Source: a virus
Direction: 5' to 3' (one strand)
DNA: 64,000 nt
IMG/VR virus record: IMGVR_UViG_3300021389_000005
Coordinates: 62,362-126,361 of that record
Part shown: positions 58,561 to 64,000 of the stretch, in pieces
Layout of the letters: the number at the start of each line of letters is the position of its first letter
How positions within the stretch are numbered: the first letter of the stretch is position 1
Position numbers and translations under genes: made by a program
Notes under the pieces: generated by a model
The model's database searches: none
What the model saw: only the letters and a program-made list of their open reading frames with translations
What the model was told of the DNA's origin: nothing

Positions 58561-59034
58561 ATGAAAATAATACTTGTAGGCAAGGCAGCTGCCGGAAAAG
58601 ACTTTTTAAAAAACAAACTTTCTCGCAAAGGATTTAAAGCGGGAGTAAGTCACACTACGAGATTGCCTAGAGAAAATGAAAAGAATGGCGAAGATTATTG
58701 GTTTATATCTCAAGAAAGATTTAAGACAATGATCGACGAAGGTAAATTCATTGAACACATGGAATTCAATGGTTGGTTTTATGGCCAAACTGAAGAAGAT
58801 TTTAATACTTCAGATGTTATGATCATGAGCAAAGACGGTTTAGATATGTTACCAAAAAAATACAGAAACGAATGTATTGTAATTTATTTAGATCCATCAA
58901 GAATAGAAAGATTTAATAGATTAGAATCTAGAAATGATTTAAACGATACTATTGTAAGACGAATGAACACAGATGATGAACAATTCAAAAGCTTTAGGGA
59001 TTATGACATCCGAATCTCTAACGCTGATTTTTAA
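58561..59034 (+). CDS. gmk: guanylate kinase-like nucleotide kinase
   Basis: GKAAAGKD, SHTTRLPRENE.NGEDYWF and FNGWFYG. Confidence 0.85.
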   Translation: MKIILVGKAAAGKDFLKNKLSRKGFKAGVSHTTRLPRENEKNGEDYWFISQERFKTMIDEGKFIEHMEFNGWFYGQTEEDFNTSDVMIMSKDGLDMLPKKYRNECIVIYLDPSRIERFNRLESRNDLNDTIVRRMNTDDEQFKSFRDYDIRISNADF

Positions 59035-59069
59035 TTAGGATAAATAATAAAACACTTAAATATTTTAAA

Positions 59070-59600
59070 ATGAGTAAAGAAAAAACAAACGATCAATTAA
59101 TTCAAGAACGCGTTGAATTAGAAAAGAAAGCTGAAACACTACAAGTTGAGGCAGCTGAACGTAAATTTGAAATTAATTTTTCAGATCAGAGAATGATCAA
59201 AACTGTAATGGAACATCTTGACAAGCACTATACTTGGAAAACAGCAGATGCTGCAGTATTAGTAACTTTATATGAAAACATCAAGAAGCAAAATAAAGAG
59301 TATACTACTTCTAACGAAACACCAGAAGTATATGCAATTGGTCTTAGAGGTCATGAATTAAATGCACTTTATCAAGCATTGTTAAATGTTACTGGAACTG
59401 GTGTTGCAAATGCTAAGAAGTTTATCACCATGTTAACACATGTTGGTGAAACTGTTTCAACTGCGATGCAAGATCTTGCTAGTGTTAATACTGAAATCAA
59501 TGGCGTACACACAAGATTGGCCGAATTAGATGCTGAAATTGTAACTGAACAAATTGAAGCAGAGCTAGAAGATAAGGAAACTGCAGAAGCAGGTAACTAA
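59070..59600 (+). CDS. hypothetical helical protein (late-type GATAAATA at 59039)
   Basis: ORF track. Confidence 0.65.
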   Translation: MSKEKTNDQLIQERVELEKKAETLQVEAAERKFEINFSDQRMIKTVMEHLDKHYTWKTADAAVLVTLYENIKKQNKEYTTSNETPEVYAIGLRGHELNALYQALLNVTGTGVANAKKFITMLTHVGETVSTAMQDLASVNTEINGVHTRLAELDAEIVTEQIEAELEDKETAEAGN

Positions 59601-59686
59601 TCACTTATTCTAATATTTTGAGTCCCTTAATTTTTTAAGGGGCTCAAATAAGGATATATTTATTTTAAACAAATTATAGTAACTCA

Positions 59687-60205
59687 ATGGCAATATACGT
59701 AACATCTAATTTACAACTTGGAAGACCTGGTGCAATTAAAAAATACAACAGGGATTACGAGCATGTTGATCAAATGACAGAAGACTTAATTCTAAAATGG
59801 AATGAAGTTGTAAAACAAGAAGATACCGTGTATCATTTGGGTAACTTTGCATGGGACCCTAAAACTGCACAAGATGCTTTGCTAAGACTTAACGGCACAA
59901 TTTATTTTACACGTGGAGAACACGATGCTGCTTTAGAGGTTTTAGATAGTAAAGGTATGCTTAGGAACAGAGTTAAAATGATCGATTGTTTAACTACTCT
60001 CCCAGAACTTAACCTTAGTATGACTTATTGGCCTCTTAAGGTGTGGCCTAATAAAAAGGGTAAAAAATCTTATAATATTATAGGTTATCCAGAAAAGAAA
60101 TTTAAGTCAGATCCCAAAGATAGAATCATTAATGTATCAACAGATCTTTGGAAAAACCAACCACAAGACCTACATAAACTACTAGAAATATTTTCAGATT
60201 TCTAA
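59687..60205 (+). CDS. calcineurin-like metallophosphoesterase homolog with degenerate metal ligands
   Basis: The scaffold M...LI.KWNEVV...DTVYHLG is intact, but the motifs read SNLQ, GNF, GEHD, TYWP and GYP. Confidence 0.75.
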   Translation: MAIYVTSNLQLGRPGAIKKYNRDYEHVDQMTEDLILKWNEVVKQEDTVYHLGNFAWDPKTAQDALLRLNGTIYFTRGEHDAALEVLDSKGMLRNRVKMIDCLTTLPELNLSMTYWPLKVWPNKKGKKSYNIIGYPEKKFKSDPKDRIINVSTDLWKNQPQDLHKLLEIFSDF

Positions 60206-60275
60206 TTGTTCGTAACTTTTAGCTAAATAATCGTCATATAATTTTTTTATGTCGATTATTTGTGGTATATTAGTA
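60206..60275 (+). promoter_or_regulatory. putative early promoter
   Basis: Carries both repeated elements (TTGTTCGTAACTTTT and TGTCGATTATTTGTGGTATATTAGTA). Confidence 0.7.
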
Positions 60276-60297
60276 CTGTATTTAAAAAGCTAAAGAT

Positions 60298-60522
60298 ATG
60301 ATCAGAACAAAACAACCAAAATCAGAAATAATTATCGATTTAACAGGACCACAGGGTAATGCATTTAATTTAATAGCATTAGCTAGTAATTTTGGAAAGC
60401 AACTTGGAATGAGTAATTCTTATATCAAGGAAATTCAAGCTAACATGATGAGTGGAGATTACGAAAATCTAATCAAAGTATTTGATAATGAATTCGGATC
60501 AGTTGTTATCCTAGAAAGATAA
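60298..60522 (+). CDS. small phage hypothetical protein
   Basis: IDLTGPQGNAF...MMSGDYENL. Confidence 0.7.
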   Translation: MIRTKQPKSEIIIDLTGPQGNAFNLIALASNFGKQLGMSNSYIKEIQANMMSGDYENLIKVFDNEFGSVVILER

Positions 60523-60526
60523 TTAA

Positions 60527-60575
60527 AAATAATTCAGCCCAGATTTTTTTATGTCAAAAAGATTTGGTATATTTA
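60527..60575 (+). promoter_or_regulatory. putative early promoter of the sigma gene
   Basis: AAATAATTC...TTTTTTTATGTC...TTGGTATATTTA. Confidence 0.55.
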
Positions 60576-60605
60576 CATCAGTTAATCATTAAAAAAACAA
60601 AACAT

Positions 60606-61220
60606 ATGTCTAAAAAAACAAAAGAGCTAAGCTACCGTCAGTTGTCAGAAAACTTTATTAATTCTAAATCAGAAAAAGATTACAATGCACTTTATCAGCG
60701 TGTAAAACCTGGTCTAAGGAATTATATCTATAATGTATGTAAAGATAATGAAGCTACAGACGATATCTTAACTAATACTCTAACCAAAATGTGGACTAAG
60801 ATTGATCAATATGATCCTAAGTACCAAATTACAACTTGGTTATACCGTATTGCATTCAATGAATGTCTAGGTTGGATTCGTCAGCGTAATCGTAAATACA
60901 GCATTGACGCAATGAAAGAATATGGTATTGAGATTTCAGAACATTATTCACATACATCTGCACATGATCTTCTTATTGAGATCGAAAGCAAAACCGAAGC
61001 AGATTTTATTGAAGAAGATGAAGCGCTTATGAATTCATATGAGTTAGCACTAAAGGCTATTCAAGAACTTAAACCAATGTATCGTGATATTATCGAAGAT
61101 CGTCTACTTAACAATATGAAGTATGAAGATATTGCAGACAAATATAATGTACCTCTTCAGACAGTTAAGAATCGTATTCGTAGAGGTAAGATTCTAATTC
61201 AAGAATCAATGGTAAAATAA
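60606..61220 (+). CDS. ECF-type sigma-70 factor
   Basis: Region 2 DDILTNTLTKMWTKIDQYD...TWLYRIAFNEC and region 4 MKYEDIADKYNVPLQTVKNRIRRGK. ATG at 60606. Confidence 0.9.
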   Translation: MSKKTKELSYRQLSENFINSKSEKDYNALYQRVKPGLRNYIYNVCKDNEATDDILTNTLTKMWTKIDQYDPKYQITTWLYRIAFNECLGWIRQRNRKYSIDAMKEYGIEISEHYSHTSAHDLLIEIESKTEADFIEEDEALMNSYELALKAIQELKPMYRDIIEDRLLNNMKYEDIADKYNVPLQTVKNRIRRGKILIQESMVK

Positions 61221-61235
61221 ACCCAATTACCTATT

Positions 61236-61262
61236 GAAACCTTACAATTGATGTAAGTATAA
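61236..61262 (+). promoter_or_regulatory. putative middle promoter of the tRNA cluster, GAAAC-N17-TATAA
   Basis: Exact motif. Confidence 0.65.
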
Positions 61263-61326
61263 AGATAGCAATCAGCAACGGCAGATTGAATGAAGAAAGA
61301 TTGAAATGTAGGAGATAAGTATTAAT

Positions 61327-61411
61327 GCCGTTGTGATGGAATTGGTAGACATGACAGACTTAAAATCTGTTGGGCTGAAAGCCCGTGGCGGTTCGAGCCC
61401 GCCCAGCGGTA
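61327..61411 (+). tRNA. tRNA-Leu(TAA)
   Basis: Cloverleaf; ACAGA-CT TAA AA-TCTGT; long variable arm; GTTCGAG T-loop; no encoded CCA. Confidence 0.92.
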
Positions 61412-61420
61412 CTTAGATAT

Positions 61421-61494
61421 GGACCAGTAGCACAACTGGATAGTGCAGCACCCTTCTAAGGTGCCGGTTATAGGTTCGAATCCTATCTGGTTCA
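61421..61494 (+). tRNA. tRNA-Arg(TCT)
   Basis: GCACC-CT TCT AA-GGTGC; GTTCGAAT; no encoded CCA. Confidence 0.92.
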
Positions 61495-61499
61495 CAAAT

Positions 61500-61578
61500 G
61501 GTCTGGTAGTTCAGTTTTGGTTAGAATACTTGCCTGTCACGCAAGGGGTCGCGAGTTCGAGTCTCGTCCAGACCGCCA
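61500..61578 (+). tRNA. tRNA-Asp(GTC)
   Basis: CTTGC-CT GTC AC-GCAAG; ends G-CCA. Confidence 0.93.
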
Positions 61579-61585
61579 ATAACTT

Positions 61586-61657
61586 GCTCCGTTCGTCTAA
61601 CGGTTAGGACATCAGGTTTTCATCCTGAAAATAGGAGTTCGATTCTCCTACGGAGTA
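61586..61657 (+). tRNA. tRNA-Glu(TTC)
   Basis: TCAGG-TT TTC AT-CCTGA; no encoded CCA. Confidence 0.9.
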
Positions 61658-61666
61658 CTAATTAAA

Positions 61667-61739
61667 TGTGCCTTGGTGTAATTGGCAACACGTCGGTTTT
61701 TGGTACCGAAGAGTCGGGGTTCGAGCCCCTGAGGCACAA
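61667..61739 (+). tRNA. tRNA-Gln(TTG)
   Basis: TCGGT-TT TTG GT-ACCGA; T1-A72 pair; no encoded CCA. Confidence 0.9.
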
Positions 61740-61825
61740 CTTTTTAAACGTTATTTGACTTACCGAAAAAAATAGATCATAGATCGAGTCTTGCACCTCT
61801 ACATAGATTAAGGTGTTTTCAACAT

Positions 61826-61899
61826 GGGGATGTAGCTCAGTTGGTTAGAGCAGGACTCTTATATAGTCAAGGTCGTGGGTTCGATTCCCGCCATCCCTA
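61826..61899 (+). tRNA. tRNA-Ile(TAT)
   Basis: Acceptor GGGGATG/CATCCCT, D arm GCTC/GAGC, anticodon arm GACT-CT TAT AT-AGTC, T arm GTGGG-TTCGATT-CCCGC. Confidence 0.85.
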
Positions 61900-61924
61900 C
61901 CCAAAGACAACTATGATTTATTAA

Positions 61925-61997
61925 GATCTCTTAGCTCAGTTGGTAGAGCATCACACTTTTAATGTGAGGGTCCAGGGTTCGAGCCCCTGAGGGATCA
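61925..61997 (+). tRNA. tRNA-Lys(TTT)
   Basis: TCACA-CT TTT AA-TGTGA; no encoded CCA. Confidence 0.92.
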
Positions 61998-62008
61998 CAG
62001 GTTACGAA

Positions 62009-62016
62009 GATATATA
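62009..62016 (+). promoter_or_regulatory. putative late promoter GATATATA upstream of the CCA-adding enzyme
   Basis: Same octamer as before the structural genes. Confidence 0.6.
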
Positions 62017-62038
62017 ATATGAAAAATAAAGTATAATA

Positions 62039-63184
62039 ATGCAACTACAAAAATTCAGTAATTTTATGCTTTTGAAAGAAGCTGAAACAAAACTCCAAGT
62101 TAATGTACCCTCGGATATATTAGACTTGTACACACTGTTCAAAAAGAATGGCAAGGAATTGTACATTGTTGGCGGTGCAGTAAGAGATGCGTTATTGGGT
62201 AAAAAGCCAAAAGATTTTGATTTGGCTACCGATGCATTTCCAGCAGAAGTTATTGATATCGTTACTAAAGGAGGTTATTCAACAACAGGTGAAGTTGGAC
62301 ACCAATTTGGTGTAGTTATTGTAAATGTACCTTCAGATCCAGCTGGTGTTGAAATTGCCACTTTCAGAGAAGACATTGGAAAAGGTAGAAGACCAGATGC
62401 AGTTGAGTATTCCACAATAGATAAAGATGTATTAAGACGTGATTTAACAATTAATGCTTTATTCTATGATATGGGCAGAAATGAAGTTGTCGATTTAGTT
62501 GGAGGTCTAGATGATATAAAGAATTCAAAGATTAGAACTGTCGGTGTTGCTGCTGATAGATTTGCTGAGGATCCACTAAGAAAACTAAGAGCATTAAGAT
62601 TTGCTGGTAGAACTGGTTCAAATCTGGAAGAAGAGACAGCAAACGCAATTTTAACAGATAACAGTTTAGAAGGTATCAGCGCAGAGAGAATTAGAGATGA
62701 GTTTAAAAAATCTATTGTTTCTGCTAAGTCCGCTAAGAAGTACTTAGAGATGGTCTCTGAATTTAATCTATGGTCTATTATGTTTCCTACATTAGAGATC
62801 AATAAAAAATTCATAGATACTAATACTTGGCTTGTTCAATTAGGTACTCTGTTCATGAATAATGAACATAAGAAAGAAATGAATAAGTTAACATTTACTA
62901 ATGACGAAATAGACGCTTGTATTTTCTTAAACAAGATAATGACGTTTGATGTTAATGATGTGTTTGATTTACATAAACAATTTAAGAATGCCAAAATAGA
63001 TAAAAAAGATGTTTTAGAATTTGCAAAGATTCATAAGTTAGATGTAAAAACTCTAAAGGCATTCTTTAAATATAAACCATCAACCAATGGCAAAGATGTG
63101 ATGAAGCAGTTTGGTGTAAAAGGCCCAGAGGTTGCGCTTAAAATTAAACAAATTGAATCTGATAAATTTCAGAAATTGATTTAA
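62039..63184 (+). CDS. cca: class II tRNA nucleotidyltransferase (CCA-adding enzyme)
   Basis: VGGAVRDALLG..PKDFDLAT, EIATFR, RRDLTINAL, EDPLRKLRALRF and SAERIRDEF. Confidence 0.9.
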   Translation: MQLQKFSNFMLLKEAETKLQVNVPSDILDLYTLFKKNGKELYIVGGAVRDALLGKKPKDFDLATDAFPAEVIDIVTKGGYSTTGEVGHQFGVVIVNVPSDPAGVEIATFREDIGKGRRPDAVEYSTIDKDVLRRDLTINALFYDMGRNEVVDLVGGLDDIKNSKIRTVGVAADRFAEDPLRKLRALRFAGRTGSNLEEETANAILTDNSLEGISAERIRDEFKKSIVSAKSAKKYLEMVSEFNLWSIMFPTLEINKKFIDTNTWLVQLGTLFMNNEHKKEMNKLTFTNDEIDACIFLNKIMTFDVNDVFDLHKQFKNAKIDKKDVLEFAKIHKLDVKTLKAFFKYKPSTNGKDVMKQFGVKGPEVALKIKQIESDKFQKLI

Positions 63185-63238
63185 TATATACTAGTCGTAA
63201 CTTTTTTGGTTGCGTGCAACTAAGAAACAAATTAAATA

Positions 63239-63382
63239 ATGGAATCAACACAACAAGCAAACGGTAACACACAGTTAAACAACGATAGAAATGCGTTTAA
63301 CCAAAGAGTTAGTAGATTAACGATGTTAGGTAGAACTAAGAAAGTTCAATGGTCTAATAGACGTAGATGGAGAAACGTATAA
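63239..63382 (+). CDS. small basic hypothetical protein (47 aa)
   Basis: Read manually (MESTQQANGNTQLN...RRRWRNV). Confidence 0.5.
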   Translation: MESTQQANGNTQLNNDRNAFNQRVSRLTMLGRTKKVQWSNRRRWRNV

Positions 63383-63396
63383 ATAACTAAACTTTC

Positions 63397-63990
63397 ATGG
63401 AATTCATATTAAATGTATTAACAGTATTTTTGACACTGTTCGCTGTCATAGATATGCCAGGTAATGTACCTTTGATCATCAAGCTACGTAAAGAGAATGG
63501 TGAAATAGAATCTTTAAAATCTACAATAATAGCAACAGTTATTATGATTTCTATTCTATTTGTGGGACAAACCTTATTTAGGCTCTTAGGAATAGAAACT
63601 TTTCATTTTGCATTAGCAGGCGCAATGTTACTTCTGTATTTTGGAGTAAAAATGGTATTAGGTATCGAATCAGAATCTACGTCTGAACCAATGTCAGCAA
63701 CTATATTTCCAATAGCGTTTCCTATTATTGCAGGTCCTGGTACATTATCAACTATTATGTCATTGACACAAGATCTAAGTAATATAGAGATTATTTTAGG
63801 TATTATACTAAATGCTATAATGATTTATGTATTCTTAAAGACTGCACCTTGGATTCAAGGTAAACTAGGCAAAGTAGGTATTACTATTATGGAAAGAGTT
63901 TTTGGAATCTTACTCGTCGCAATAGGAATGAAAATACTAATTAATTCTTTAGTATTAAGTGTAGTTGCAGCTCAAGCTGCAATTGGTTAG
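63397..63990 (+). CDS. marC: MarC family integral membrane protein
   Basis: LFAVIDMPGNVP, LGI....F.LAG..LL, PIAFPIIAGPGTLST and ERVFGILLVAIG. Confidence 0.9.
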   Translation: MEFILNVLTVFLTLFAVIDMPGNVPLIIKLRKENGEIESLKSTIIATVIMISILFVGQTLFRLLGIETFHFALAGAMLLLYFGVKMVLGIESESTSEPMSATIFPIAFPIIAGPGTLSTIMSLTQDLSNIEIILGIILNAIMIYVFLKTAPWIQGKLGKVGITIMERVFGILLVAIGMKILINSLVLSVVAAQAAIG

Positions 63991-64000
63991 CTAACAGCTA

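Noticed and set aside
59617-59648. Inverted repeat TTTGAGTCCCTTAA/TTAAGGGGCTCAAA as a terminator
   Set aside because: The stem is strong but neither strand has a following U-tract, so its function is unclear.
32884-60605. Long TTG/GTG starts in the ORF track (32884, 43570, 44709, 49509, 50650, 51903, 56025, 60564)
   Set aside because: They run through promoter motifs, intergenic DNA or upstream genes. Downstream ATGs in A-rich context (or a frameshift for 44709) are more plausible.
1-64000. Alternative genetic code (stop codon reassignment)
   Set aside because: Core genes are full length in code 11, TAA, TAG and TGA all end genes at sensible places, and no suppressor tRNA is present.

Overview
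This window is 64 kb of an AT-rich, T4-like (contractile-tailed) large phage genome, with almost all genes on the + strand in standard genetic code. A Bacteroidota (probably Flavobacteriales) host is inferred from the A-rich start contexts without Shine-Dalgarno motifs, the TAnnTTTG-like promoters, a Bacteroidota-type outer-membrane beta-barrel gene and a short Flavobacteria-like NrdA. Gene order: (1) a putative DNA base hypermodification cluster (SGNH-like fragment, CitG-like enzyme, two aGPT-PPlase/HhH-like paralogs, PLP enzyme, dUTPase/dCTPase); (2) replication and recombination genes, with a family B DNA polymerase split into two genes 4.6 kb apart around nrdB, nrdA, an OMP gene and a probable clamp; (3) T4-like late transcription and morphogenesis genes (gp15, 55, 4, 2, 20, 21/22, 23, 14, 16, 17, 18, 19, 26/51, tape measure); (4) an accessory region with ligase, a NEIL1-like glycosylase, GT25, Gmk, a degenerate phosphoesterase and an ECF sigma; (5) seven tRNAs including Ile(UAU), a CCA-adding enzyme and MarC. 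Three promoter classes are visible (TGGTATATTAG, GAAAC-N17-TATAA, GATATATA) and suggest an early, ECF-sigma middle, gp55 late cascade. The best novelty candidates are the CitG-containing modification cluster, the sigma cascade, a possibly virion-packaged CCA enzyme, a +1/-2 frameshift between gp26 and gp51, and a catalytically dead phosphoesterase. All protein calls come from motifs recognised by eye; no database searches were run.
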